A stretch of DNA of 64,000 bases from Yuukianura sp. NJ FZ-2021 (Eukaryota), in NCBI GenBank assembly GCA_046563655.1, contig CM102286.1:10974001-11038000 (forward strand), written 5' to 3'. Positions 14,285 through 26,977 of the stretch are shown in pieces. The notes beneath the pieces are model-generated. The model was not told where the DNA came from. It did not search any database and worked only from the letters and a program-made list of their open reading frames with translations. A program made the translations under genes and the position numbers. Positions within the stretch are counted from its first letter, which is position 1, and each line of letters starts with the position of its first letter.

Positions 14285-14918
14285 AAAAAAGGAGGCGTTT
14301 TTGCATGTACAGCCTAACTTAAAAAAATTTCTAATAAATTTGAACTGTTTTACAGTTGTAGTTGACGTAGATGAGAAGGGTACACAAACACAACCTTAAT
14401 CGTAATACACGTTAACGACCATGTACTTTCTTTGCGTACTTTCTTCGTACTTACAGACTAAGTAATGTCACCTTCGGAGTCTGAGTGTAAAGTCTTTGAA
14501 AAAAAGCAGTTAAATATGTTTGACTATTTGACAACAGTACCAAAATACAACAAATCTTCCGAGTTCAAACAATTCTGAAGCGTTCGTGTAAGGAATTAAG
14601 CCACCTTTCAGCTATTATTTAATAGCACCGTCAATTGTGATTCATTGTATTGCGTATTTCTGAATTGCACTTTAAGTTCCCAACAGGTATTAGAATGACG
14701 ATCAAAACAACAAAAGTTTGAGCAGATAGCACCTTTTAAAACCTTAGTTTTACAGGTAGTATTAAGACATTGATCTAGAAATTAACCATACTTCGTTTAG
14801 AAGTGGCGAGAGGTTAAGCTTAACATAACAAGTGTTGCGCCTTAAATAGGACCCAGTTAAAATAACACAGATTTTGTTGTTTTTAAATTAACATAAAAAT
14901 AAATTTGTTCCCTCTTGT

Positions 14919-17866
14919 TTAATGTAGTTTAATTTCAGACTTCAAACGGTCGTTGATAATTGTCAGCGGAATGAGTTCCAAAGCGTGCTTCTCGTCAAAC
15001 TCAACAAGAGCACACCAGTCGTCTTCCAGGATAAACGACTCCAAAGTCTTGTGGTACGTCAGGCCTTCGTCGAATCCATTCCTCCCATTCTAAAACACAA
15101 AAACAATAAAGGTAAAGCTGAATCTCCATCAATTTCTGAATTCAAATTGAGTTAGTACCCGATTATCCGTAAAAGTGTACGGGTAAGACATACAGCCTGG
15201 ACATTTGACTTTGGACTGAGGCTTGACTGAAATACTCCGCATGACTGATTTAAATTCGGGCGGTGAGTGATTGATGTCGACTCCGTCGATGACCTTCACA
15301 AGCTGCCCGGTCTCAGAAACCTTCTTTTCATAGGCCGCGATTAAATCTAATGAAAAGTTTTCCTCCGGTTCCCATGTATTCTTTGAACTGTGAGTATCAA
15401 TTAACGAAAATGCATTATTAGTTAACTCTAATAGATTTGTTCACCAAAAGGCACACAGTTCTGATGTAAAAATTTTTCTACCGGTGTAATTTAAACATGT
15501 TACCTAGGATAATTGAGCCATTTCACGTAGAAGTAAGGATGTCCATTGATAATTCCCTTCTTCAATATCTTTTCAACAATGAAAAGACCATTTTGACTTT
15601 GAGGTTTCACTTTTTTCGACTTTGTTTCACTATTCGATGATTCGGACGAAAGTTTACGACGTCTCGGTTTTGTTTTAAGTACTGGCTTGTCCCCATCAAG
15701 GAGAGCCTCCGAAATGGCGTCCTCGGACATAATAGCCGTTCCATAAGACTGAGTAGTTTTTCTTTGCCGATTCTTGACTCGTTCCTGTATTTCAGCTGAA
15801 GAATGGGGTATTACTACAGGAACTGGCGTTCTGTGCAGTGCTGGTGCATCTTTATTGTGCCCTTTAGAGGGGGAATTACCATTCACTTCTTCTGTTATGT
15901 GGGTGCATAAGGATGCTGTTTTTGATTTTGCAGTTTTCGGTTGCTTTGGACTACGCTTCCGCTTCTGTCCTGGAGGACGACCGCGGCCGCGGCGAATTTG
16001 TTTTGCCCCCTCCAGCTCCTTTGTCAAAGATGGTGGCTGCTCGTCTGATCCACAAACCGTTTCCGTGCGGTCTTCTACTTCGTAATTAGGACTGAGGATT
16101 GGTGGCCCGTCGTATGGCACTGTTAAACTGTGGTACTCCTTTGGTCGAGCATCAGTTAGTGGACTTGAAAGCGACGTTTCTTCAATTGTATTTCGTCGGT
16201 CTTGACCACAGTGGTCAGTCACTATGTCTTCCGCATTAAGTTCAAATACGCCATTGCCCAGGCAAAGCTCAATGCTTTCTCGGACGCATGATTCAATTGT
16301 TTCTTGATCCTTGGTAGAGTTAGTTTTGCCCTCAGCGTTCTCAGATACAGATACAACTCGTGCGGAACGTTTCGTGAGACTGTGACACATCTCGGGGAGT
16401 AGTGAGTGTGACAGATCGGAGAAGATAGATTCCTCTCCCTCCGATACTTCTTGGACGGAGGTGGTTTGGTGTTCACGTAATTGACTGCAATTATAATACA
16501 AGTAGTGCAAATTATTTAACGATAAAATGAAACAGATTTATATATTTCTGAAAAAAATAAAACAGAACGTTTTTGACTTACAAACATGGTTTGTAAAGGC
16601 TAACTCACCTGACCATCGAATGACAATTGTGTGCTGAAGGTGATGCCATGTCTTCCTCTGGAACTACAATTCGCACTCCATCACAGTTGTTCTCTGTTAT
16701 AAGTGTAACCATTTTGAGCTCGAGTTCTATTGAAGGCTTGATGAGCTTTGAATGTGATTTATTGTTTAACACCACTTCAGTCGCAGGTACTGTCGGTTCA
16801 TATGTTAGAGGATATTCTTCCACATCTTCCAGTTCGGCCAAAAATTCCGATTCAGCGAATCCAACAATTTCCCTACAAAATAAATTTTGCATAACAGTAA
16901 CTCACAATATTAATCAAATTAGTAAACGAGAATACGAAAGAATTTACACTGCAAGTACAACTGTTGCAACTTGCAAATTGTGCTGTACGAGCACTTTATT
17001 ATAACTGTTAGTATTGAGATCTAAAGTAAAAAGCTCTGAATGTAAAAGCATTGGAGTTTAATACATAATAGAAATGTAACTATGTGGGGAATTTGCAGAA
17101 CCTGAACCACGCAAAAAACCAAGGTCGATTAATGAGAATGGTTCGGTTAAATCCTTTCTCTGGATTTAAAGTTCGCTATGAATCTGCAAATCAATTGTAT
17201 CTTGTGTGCATTATCAATACCAGCTCAACTTCAAATGGAACTCAAGGTTGTTTTTTGTTTAGTGTAATAAGAGTAAGCATAGTGCAATGTAAACCATGCT
17301 AAAGTGCGAGAATTGAATCGGTTAAGGAGTATATTCGATTACAAAATTAACGCACTAAGTTAGGATTACATAAGCAAACAGGCGGCTACCGGCGTAAAAC
17401 GCATAAACAAATTGATCCGACCGAGATGAAATTTGAAAAGAAAGCCTCAGCCGAGCGCAAATCAACAGGTTGTTCTGCTATAAAACGTTGTCGCAACCAG
17501 AAAAGAGACAACCACAACCACAATTGCAGTTAACTATGAATACTATAAATGTGTTTTACATATATTAATAAATTCTACATTTCAATCATTGAATCTGCCA
17601 TCTTTGGCAGCATCAATGCTGTGAAAGGTAAAGTGATACAGGGCGGAAGTACCGCGATAAAAAACCGCGAAAAAAAATACACAAAACTTATCTTCGTTTT
17701 AGTATTGTTAGTCGTAACCGATAAATAAGCATAAGCTCTTTATAGGTAGTAATTAGAATGTAACGTAAGTATATAATTTAGAAAATAAAAAGCCTTACTC
17801 TGTAGTTATTCCTCCATCTTCTGTAGAATATGAAATCTGTATGGATGTGGATGCAGCTCCCGTCAT
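14919..17866 (-). CDS. HP1/chromobox-like protein: long acidic N-terminus, AT-hook, chromodomain, chromo-shadow-like C-terminus
   Basis: Phase-compatible exons 17866-17799 (uncertain), 16872-16609, 16484-15504, 15387-15159, 15089-14919. AT-hook RRGRGRPP. Chromodomain FIVEKILKKGIINGHPYFYVKWLNYPSSKNTWEPEEN. Last exon GFDEGLTYHKTLESF...LVEFDEKHALELIP resembles the HP1 chromo-shadow start GFDRGL. Confidence 0.8.
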
Positions 17867-20119
17867 TATCCTTCTAACAACCAAATATAAATTGAAACCA
17901 GCCCACGAAGTCAGCAAAAGTCGTACAGCAACGCTCCTTTATACAATTGACAGGTCAAATTAAGTCATTTGCTGCAATTAGGTGGAGACAGAAACCCTGC
18001 CCAAATCAAAGCACGTTGCGGTTTATTCGACTGCAGCTTTCCTCTGAATTTGTAAATCATCCAATACGGTTGCCTGCCACCAGTCAAATCCCCTGTGGAA
18101 AAAAAGGAAATAAAAAGTGAAAGCCTCAATGCCAAGTTGTCAATCAAAGAATTATTTTAAGGAAAATGCTGCATCGTTAAAAAATCAAGATAACTATGCC
18201 TCCTAACTTCTGTTAAGCAATACGATTCAGTTCCACACGGTGTCGTCTGGCGTCGGCGCTGGATGGGAATAATTAAATATGAGTTTAATTACTCAGGCAC
18301 TGTCAAGCTTTTTCCAGTAATCGACTTGGAATTGCTAGCGCTTGTTTAGGAATAGAATATTAGGCAAGTACTTTCTTACAACTACAAAATGATGCCGTCC
18401 AGTCTTCAGCCGCGATTTGACCTACTCCGGTACCCCGATCCAATCCCGTTGTTGATTGTACTCGGACAGGGAACTATGGTGGTACAGCACCAGCATGAAC
18501 AAAAGATAGACATGGAATGTGTCTTTTACAACACAACTAGAATACGAGAAGACCTCCACCAATAAATCGATATTTACTAGGGTCTATTGTTTGTTATACC
18601 TTAATAAAAATGTGGAATAAGTGGATCGGATGCCTATCTCTGAGGTGCTTGTAGTTGTAGTATTGAAGCTTGTAGAGAAGCATTTAAGCACTCCAATTTA
18701 CTACAAACAAACCCACTAGAACACAAACAGGTTGCCGTCGTCGTCGTCATCTGTACTTGTGCTTATTAAAAAAAACTACACTATGTAATGTAGACTGTAG
18801 AGTGTGGACTGTGATGAGATGAAACGTCGAAATGTCTTGCTATACCCCTACTTCTACTTGTTACTCCACAAATCCTTATTGTAGGTGCCAAACCACCATG
18901 ACAAGACACTCATGTTCGGTCATTTCTCAACCGATGGCAATTGTGAAGGAAGGCACATAAGACATAAGATGTCTCTATTAGAAGTTCATACTGGATAATA
19001 TTTCGACATCGATAAGCACCCTCATAGAAACAAGTAATGCTGGTGAATAGGTCACGTCCACTATTGGCGTAATTGGCTGTGGCAATTTGCCACTTCCACT
19101 GGATATCCACTGGAAAATATGTACCCCAGATGGACGAAACTATTAGTGGATGGAAGAAATAAAAAATTTAGTGCGAAAGTTAAAAAAAAAATTCAAATGT
19201 AAAATTACAAAGTGATATCAATAATTTTCGCCAATTATCATTCGCCGTTAAAATTAATTAATTATTTAGCACTTATTTAAAACCGATATTTACTCCTTTT
19301 TTGTGCTTTATTTCTAATTCTTAGCTTTATTCAAATTTCGAGGGCAAAGCTCCGTCCCTTTCGTTTTAATTATTCATTTCGCCCATTTCTTCTACTGGAT
19401 ATCCAGCCATGGATGAAATGCCGAAAAAGAGGATTTCCACCAACCTAAACGTACTGCTAATGAAGCTACGGGTCCTTAAACACCGTACAAAAGTGTCTGA
19501 AAATAGTAAACCAAGTTTTAATTCCTATCGTTTGGGGTGGGGACTATTCTGGCAGGTTGACGCTTATCCAATTCTTGTTGATATTTTTTCTCCATGTCCA
19601 TAGTCCACCACTTTTCCTCACAAACCAACCACTGCACAGTGGATGTTTTTTTTTATTATTTGGGTCTCAAGGAATCAAATAAATTTTGTAAACAAACTAA
19701 TTTATAAGTGTCATTTTGACCCAAAAATTGACACACCGATTAATTTTTTGCCTCGAAATGCCTCACCCTCTAATGACAAACCCAATGGTGATTAGCGTTC
19801 TGGAAGACTTGGTCTTCAAGATTTTGATGTGCAAATTTGCGCATAATGCTTAATTATAGCCCAAGGCTTATCCAAAGTATTTGGAAATTCTTGTTTATTT
19901 TTTTTGTTGCAGTAATCATAATTTACGGAATTGTGTTTTCGCATTCATAACATGATGTTATGTTGAGATCTGGCGTCACCGCTTCAGACGCGCCAAATCC
20001 ATACTTTCAAAAAGTAAAATCTCATAGTTCAAACTGTTCTTTGTATTTCGTGTTTGTCTGGTGGTGGTCGGTCGTCATTCTACTCGCAAAGTCATTCTTA
20101 GAGTCAAGTCAAGGTCATC

Positions 20120-20445
20120 AATTTCAGCGGTTAGTCAAGGTCGTCAGTCAAAGCCGTCAGTCAAGGTCGTCAGTCCTGGTCAGCAGTTTCTCAAGGTCTT
20201 CAAACTACTCGTCAAACATGGTAATGTCTCTATTTCATTTGTTGCTAATGTATCCTATACAAAGAAAAATTGTTCCGTGTCATCACAGCCAAATCAAAAA
20301 GAGCCTACACCAAAAGAGCCAGTCAAAAAGAGCCTATACCAAAAGGGCCAGTCAAAAAGAGCCTAACCAAAAGAGCCAGTCAAAAAGAGCCTATACCACC
20401 AAAAGGGCCAGTCAAAAAGAGCCGATGCCATAAGAGCCAATTTCA
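20120..20445. repeat. Short degenerate tandem repeats inside the Transib 5' region
   Basis: 'gtcaaggtcgtca' units (~20120-20200) and ~28-31 bp 'caaaagagccagtcaaaaagagcctatac' units (~20290-20445). Confidence 0.85.
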
Positions 20446-20487
20446 AAAGCGCTGATTTCTTATATTTAATCTGATTTGCATCGATAA

Positions 20488-21825
20488 TCTGTTAATGCCG
20501 GTCATAAGAATCTTTTCCCTTCGTATGCCAAAGTTGTGAAAGCCAAAGAAATTTGCCGACCACCCGCCGCTTCTATTCAAGCAAGTGAAACAGGGGCAGA
20601 AGTTACCCTATCTGCATTACTCGAGCACACTTGTACCAGGATTGTAAAGTTTCAAGAGGACGTCATTACTCAGGAGATGAGGGCTTCCCATGTACCAAAC
20701 AAGCTTGCCAAAATGATATTTGCTTGGGGAATGGACGGTTCCGGTAACCAGTCTCAGTACAATCAAAAGGGTGGAAGTGGAGATTTTCCTGAAGAGTCGC
20801 ACTTGTTTATTGTGTCATTGGTTCCACTACAACTTGGCAGTTCTGACGCTTTGTACTGGCGTAATCCAAAACCCTAGTCGCCTCTATTCTGTCGACCAAT
20901 AAATTGGAATTCAGGAAGGAATCCAAAGACTTTGTGCTAGCAGAAAGAAGACGAATTGAAGAGGAGATCAGCAAGTTACAGCCATTCGAAATAGCTATTG
21001 CTGAAAACTTAAAGTAAGCAATTTAGAAGTTAGAATTAAGAATTCAGGATTATCTAATGTGGATACGCTAATATTTAGGTTGACAGTCGTGTTTCAATTG
21101 CATCTCACAATGATTGACGGGAAGATTTTGTGTTTTTTGACGGACACGAGCTCTGCACAAACATGTCCAATTTGTCATTCGAATCCTACTGACTTCACCT
21201 TAGCAAATATAGGAACAACGAAATTCGCTCCAAAGGAAATGAGTCTTCAACATGGAATATCACCCTTGCATGCCTGGATTAGAATTTTCGAGTGTTGCCT
21301 GCACATCAGTTACCGCCTCCCCTTTCAAGTTTGGTTAATAAAACTACAAAATAATAATTTGGAAATCATATTCATTCAAAATTGGAATACAGGCGCATCA
21401 CTCAAGACTTGCTTCCTCAAGTAAAGGAGCGGAAGACTCGGATTCAGCGCGCTATGTGGGAAACTTTTGGATTGCGAGTTGACTTCCCAAACCCAAAAGG
21501 TGGCAACTCCAACAATGGGAACACCGCACGACGAGCTTTTGATGATATCGATGGGTTTGCAAAAGTTGTTGGACTGGATAGAAATTTGCTGATGTACTTC
21601 AAACGCATTCTTTATTGCTTAACGTGCCAACTCGCAGTCGATCCACAAAAATTTGGAACCCTTTGTGCTGACACCGTCTCACTCTTCCATGAACTTTACG
21701 GCAGTTGGTTCTACATGCCCGCAACATTCAATCAGCCTTGGGACGAGCCAAATCTAGAGGAAGAGGATAATTTCCGAGAATATTTTGACTGGGACATCCC
21801 TGTCGCAGAAGAAATCGAAATATAA
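20488..21825 (+). pseudogene. Transib transposase, disrupted
   Basis: Motifs FPSYAKV, AWGMDGSG (1st catalytic D), TMIDGK (2nd D), CPIC, SPLHAWIR, GNSNNGNTARR, YMPAT. In-frame stop at 20875-20877 with an apparent frameshift just after. Two introns (~21014-21078, ~21330-21392). N-terminus and the third-catalytic-E region are missing. Confidence 0.88.
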
Positions 21826-22041
21826 TCCTAGGGGTAGTAAATAGGTTTATCGTTAACTAGCATTCCTTCTCAGATACTTAAGTTTTCCAAGTTTCACTTT
21901 GTGTGTTATTGTCTTTGGTTTTTGTCTTGTTTTACGAGTAAAATTTTGGTAGTCACTGTTTGGATTTTTTTCCAGTAAAAGTTTTACGGAAGAATAAATG
22001 TACTACCACAAACTACAAGACTACAAATAAAACTAAATTTC

Positions 22042-22633
22042 ATGTGGTGGGGTTTTACCGTAAGCCAGGAGTAACCCATATGGGCGAAAGTGCCGGTGGT
22101 TAGGGAATCTTGTAATCGTCCATGAGTTATGCCAAAAAAATTAAGCTTCAAACAAGTTTAACATGCTTTGCCAAATTTTTGTTATAAAATAAGTATGTTA
22201 TTTGCTTGTCATCTTGCTTGCATTTGCTTTATAGGGCTGCATTAGAGGAAATGCAAGGACGACGAAACGGAAAATTCAGTCGGTCTATAAGACATTGCCA
22301 GAATTTGCTGAAGCTGACGAGGTTCAAGAGATGACTGAACAAATGCAGGGAGCAATTGCTCTGGACGCGAATGAAGAGCTAGCTGTTGACAATGAGGCGG
22401 AGGGTGAGATCTTGGACGAGATCGGGGAAGATAGCGATATGGAATGGGTGGAAGATGTAGAACACATCGCGTCTACAGCAATTGACAATATCATTTGGGA
22501 GATTGAGTGGGAGGAATGCAATCAGGAGATCCAGGAGAGCTTTGCGAATATGCAAGATAATGTCGACGATGATGTTGTAGCGGAGCCAACGACCAAGGCC
22601 TGGGACACTGATTCGTCCGACGATGAAGTCTAG
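22042..22633 (+). CDS. Small highly acidic protein inside the Transib element
   Basis: Putative exon 22042-22059 (MWWGFT|gtaagc) spliced at phase 0 to 22235-22633 (tttatag|GCIRGN...). About 138 aa, D/E-rich, no stops. Confidence 0.55.
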
Positions 22634-22968
22634 TCAAGCTTTCCAATAGCTTTTGCAATTACTTATAGCTTCTTGTTTGTTTTCACTTCCTCACAAGTTC
22701 CTCATTTCTAGTTTTAACTGTTATTCTGCATACTGTATTATTTAGATGTAACGGTTTTGGGGAAAAACTGATTTAAAGTTCATTCATTTAACCCTTGAGT
22801 TTTATTGGGTTGTCAATTCATTTATTTATGTATTTAATCGTTCTTATTCATTATTATGTTATGTTTGCAACTTAGCTCAAACAACGCATATTACATCATG
22901 AAATTTGAGTTATATACTTGGCTTATAATCTGAAAACACTATTAACCCAAGCACTTAAATTTTTACAG

Positions 22969-23434
22969 GAAGGACCATCCGTATCAACTCTGAAAAAGGT
23001 AAATTTACATGTTTCGAAGCTTGAATAGGCAGTAGCCGGCTTGAGTTCAAACGTTCATTAAAGTCTATTAAATTTTCAGTTTAAAATTCCCAAGAAACCG
23101 ATCCGTCTTCCAGAAATCAAGGACGAGAAGGTTCGGGAAAAGCTGGAGGATGAGGCATGCCGCGCTAGAAATGTAATACTAAAACAAGGTATTTACATAT
23201 AGTGACTTGTGTTTTCACCGTATTTTCATTTATGTGTTTTAGTCTGGAAATGAAGCGACAAGGAAAAAATTCGACACTGATTTGAAGAAGCAAGCTAGAA
23301 AGGAGCATAAAGCCGGAAGAAAGTTAGCACTAATGGGTAAAGGTCAAACGAAGAAGGAGAAAAGGAAGGTCAAGAAGAGTTTGAAGAAGAAATTAGAAAT
23401 GCTAGATTCTGCCACGAAAGAGAAGAAGCTTTAG
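22969..23434 (+). CDS. Small Lys-rich spliced ORF inside the Transib element (start not found)
   Basis: Exons 22969-22998, 23080-23172, 23243-23434 join in frame with GT/AG: EGPSVSTLKK FKIPKKPIRLPEIK... SGNEATRKKF...KKSLKKKLEMLDSATKEKKL*. Confidence 0.5.
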
Positions 23435-24413
23435 TTAAGTTTTGTTTTTTACAGTTAGCCAATTGCTAAATGTTGAAAGAAGCATAATGGGTACATTGTG
23501 TAGTGTTGCATTCCTTCAACCGAATGAGTTGTCAACGGCAACGTTGAAATTAAAGTTTGTTTCAAAAAACGCCTGAACTGTTTTTTTTTAAAACCGACCA
23601 CTGTGCACTGGACCTACGCAATTAAGTTCACACCCCGCAGAGTTGGAGTTCTTTTAGCAATTTAGATAAGTAGCTCTATTCCAGCGAAATGACTGACACT
23701 GACAGGGACAAAGACATCATCGCTTTCCTTCATGCCTATAATTCATAGTAGTGAGTAAGTACGGGCAGCGTCTCACACAATTACAAAGCCACATAACCTT
23801 TCACTAACGTTGTAAAGTAATTTCCAAACGAAGTAATAAATGAACCATGTGAGGAAGTAGCGAAAGATCGATGACCTTTCTCTCAAACACTTTGTATATA
23901 ATAGTGGCGAATGATGAAAACAAAAGTTTCTTCATAGGATTTACACAAAAAATATATGCGTCTTATACGAAACAATTTTTTCCGTGCTGAGGGCCGAGGG
24001 CGTTAGCCATGCATTCTCTTGTGCTAACATAGATCGAATTGGATAAGCGAGACCAGGGAGCAAAATATTTTGCCAAACATTTCAAAAAAAAAGGTTGGAG
24101 AAAATACAGACTTCGCAGTTTTAAGAAATCATACATAATGTTGTTTAGAGCTCCTTTTTGTATCCCATTATATTAAGCTTTCACCAGGTATTGTAGGACG
24201 GAAATTGACAAATAGGGAATATAATTTTAACTACACTTAACTTAAACATCTTGTCTGTTTCTTGGTGTAGATCTTCCTTGAACGTTGAAAAAATGCTATT
24301 TACAAATTCCTGTTCAGTTTCTGTTGATTTTGGTTTCACAGTTTTGAGTTAAACGAGAATTATTGGAAATTGGCTGAAAATTACCTTAGCAGGAAAGAAA
24401 TGAAAGAATTTTT

Positions 24414-24829
24414 TTAGAGCGTTGTACAAGTAACGCTACCCTCATTTTCGCTAACAATTGAGCACCGTGTGAATGTCTTTTCCTGTCCTGCGTCGTTGCA
24501 GTAAAGGTCAAGGTAGCCTGCTCCAGGGGATGGATTCTTGATGACGCATTCATTACAGGCGTCATTCTTCGTACACGAAATATTCCCAAATCCTGTCGCA
24601 CGACAAGTGAACTCTCCGCCATTTCGACATGGCACCTTCTTGGTGTTGTTCTTATCACCCTGCACAGAAAAATAACGGTTTCTAGTTAAAAATTATTTCT
24701 AAAAAAAAAAACACTTCTAATTTTGAATCCTAGATAACCCAAAAATTTCTTTAAAACTTGACTTACTGTGACGGAAGTACAATGAATCATTATTCCAACT
24801 ATCACCATTACAGCCAGTTTGGGTGACAT
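24414..24829 (-). CDS. Small secreted cysteine-rich protein
   Basis: Exon 1 24829-24767 is a signal peptide (MSPKLAVMVIVGIMIHCTSVT|gtaagt). Exon 2 24659-24414 has 8 Cys. Confidence 0.75.
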
Positions 24830-25362
24830 CTTTTTTAATTCTATGTCGCAAATAGAATTTTTTTTTTAAATTGAAGATTTAGAACGGCAGCAATGTTGAA
24901 TTTTTGAGGAAAAAAAATGGAAAACTCAAAGTGAACTAAAAATATCGTTCTAATTTTGACGACGTTTCGAAGAGACAATTCCCATTGTACTTTACTTACA
25001 ACTGACAGGGTTCATTAAACCGCAAAGTTCACAAGTGTTCCACGTCTTTACTGTCAACATTACCTACATGTGATGAGAAGCTAAGGAAAAAAGAGCGGAA
25101 AGTTTGAGTTCTCTAATTAGGTACAATGGAACAGAAATCTGAATTGTAAACCGTATTTTTCAATTTGATATTTCAATTTTTAAACGGTCTCCATGTGCAT
25201 GCGCCGCTTTCCTACAGTGTTTGCTTTTGTTTAATACATGTTGGGAATTGAATAACTTTTTAGCTTCAGACGAGTCTCAGTGCGAAACAGCATTTTTGAT
25301 TTAAATTACTAAATTTTAAATTTTTGTAACAAGATTTGTTTGAACAAATTCTATTGCTCGGT

Positions 25363-25824
25363 ATGGCTGGATACTGGTTGGGTTCAGTGAGTCCTGAAGA
25401 AGTGAAGCCCCGATTCTTCTACGAGGAGAAGCTCATTGGCTATGAGGCCTTCCGGAAACGAATAGCGGAGATTGACGAAGTGAACTACGACAATGATCAG
25501 ATTCTCGTAATGTTCATTGGAGAGGGCAATGCTCCATTGGCAGATGACGGTGCGTTCCGTTCTACCAACGGATGGGATCCGGAGTGTCACCTGCTCGAGG
25601 ACGCCGTGGATTTCGTCAAGGTGCGTGCGCAGCCGCAGGGATGGCTTCTGCGCGTCGGCGTTGGCAGTATGGACGAATGGCGAAATCCGCTGAATCCATT
25701 TCGCAGAGATCCACGCATTCGGCTCACAAAACTTCCCACGCTCATGGCTTGGAATACTATGAAGAAAGTGTCGGGCTTCCAGGCATTGCAACTGGAAAAT
25801 ATTCTCGTGATGCTGGATGACTAA
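25363..25824 (+). CDS. TXNDC17/TRP14-like thioredoxin-fold protein with variant active site
   Basis: VGSMDEWRNPLNPFRRDPRIRLTKLPTL matches the recalled TRP14 VG..YWKDPNNDFR...VTAVPTL pattern. WDPEC replaces WCPDC. Intronless. Confidence 0.8.
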   Translation: MAGYWLGSVSPEEVKPRFFYEEKLIGYEAFRKRIAEIDEVNYDNDQILVMFIGEGNAPLADDGAFRSTNGWDPECHLLEDAVDFVKVRAQPQGWLLRVGVGSMDEWRNPLNPFRRDPRIRLTKLPTLMAWNTMKKVSGFQALQLENILVMLDD

Positions 25825-26550
25825 AACAGGAGTGTCGTCGTGAGTCCGCGATCGCGACAACAATAATCTTAAATTCAAAATTTGGTTTTCAACAACTCAA
25901 ATTAAAATGTCTCCGTTCTGCCATTCATATTTATGAAAAGAATTGTGAAATAATTTATTTTACCCAATAATTCTTTGAACAGCAGAATTTGAAATGTTAT
26001 TATTAACAATGTTTTTACTTCTTACAACCAATTGTTTGTAAATTAGTAATGTGAGTCGTATGACGCACGTTGCGCGAAATTCACACAACATATGTTGGAA
26101 TTACGACAGCCTCCTGTTTTGCACTTTCCATTTCAGTTCAACTCGATTGGAATCCTGCTGACCTGCGATTTTACAAATCAACCTTGGATATTTATGGTTT
26201 ATTATATTAGTGATTAACATGTTATTTTTTATAATAGTTATAATTCAATTATAAAAGTGCATACTTTTTTAAACTTTCTCAAGACTCAATTTTCTTGACT
26301 AAAGAATTTCCGCCGCGCGCATAGTGTATTCATTTTTTTAACACGGATTTTATTTATCTCAGCCGAGATTCGTAGAAAGCAAAAGTTCCTTGGCAATTAA
26401 GATTTAAATTAATATCCGAAATTCCGAGTGCCACTATGACCTCGGTTTGTATTTGTAAATTCTTCAAACAATTAAAAGTTAATTCTCCTGTGATGGACTT
26501 TTAACGGTAATCCGTCGGATTTTAATTTAGAATCATTATTGCCAACGGAA

Positions 26551-26977
26551 CTACTGCTGTCTACGCATCTCGGCTGAAATAAAACAAAATCAGTTTTCGA
26601 ACAAAACAATCTATTATGGCGCAACCCGTTGTAAACCCACCTTGCATTGACCTCGAATTATACCACTGGAATCCAATTCTCAGGACGACAACAACTACTA
26701 AAACGGCAAGAACCACGCCAATACCGATGATCCAGATTCTATACAAGTTAATAAAAAACTGGAGTAAACGTTGGATAATTAAATAAATTATATTCACCAA
26801 AAACTCATAAAAATTTCAACTAAACCTTGGTTATGAAATAACGTTTATTAACCTTAGAAAGTCCAGTTTCCCTTTTAGTGCTTCGAATTCCTCTCTTAAT
26901 TGTTTAGTTTGTACATATACAGTATAATTGATGTGATCGTTGATATGATTCCACGTTTCCTTATCGAAAACTGCCAT
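26551..26977 (-). CDS. Possible small single-pass membrane protein
   Basis: MAVFDKETW...LKGKLDFL spliced to hydrophobic IWIIGIGVVLAVLVVVVVLRIG. Start and 3' exon uncertain. Confidence 0.4.

Larger units (their letters stand above)
19635..23605 (+). mobile_element. Transib-superfamily DNA transposon (RAG1-core-like), defective
   Basis: Termini CACAGTGG (19635-19642) and CCACTGTG (23598-23605). Identical 5-bp flanks CACTG (19630-19634 and 23606-23610) form the TSD. Transposase remnant inside. Confidence 0.92.

Noticed and set aside
19960..20455. Overlapping ORFs in three frames
   Set aside because: Explained by short tandem repeats in the transposon 5' region.
22042..23434. RAG2-like gene (ProtoRAG-type element)
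   Set aside because: No kelch or PHD pattern, and same-strand rather than convergent orientation.
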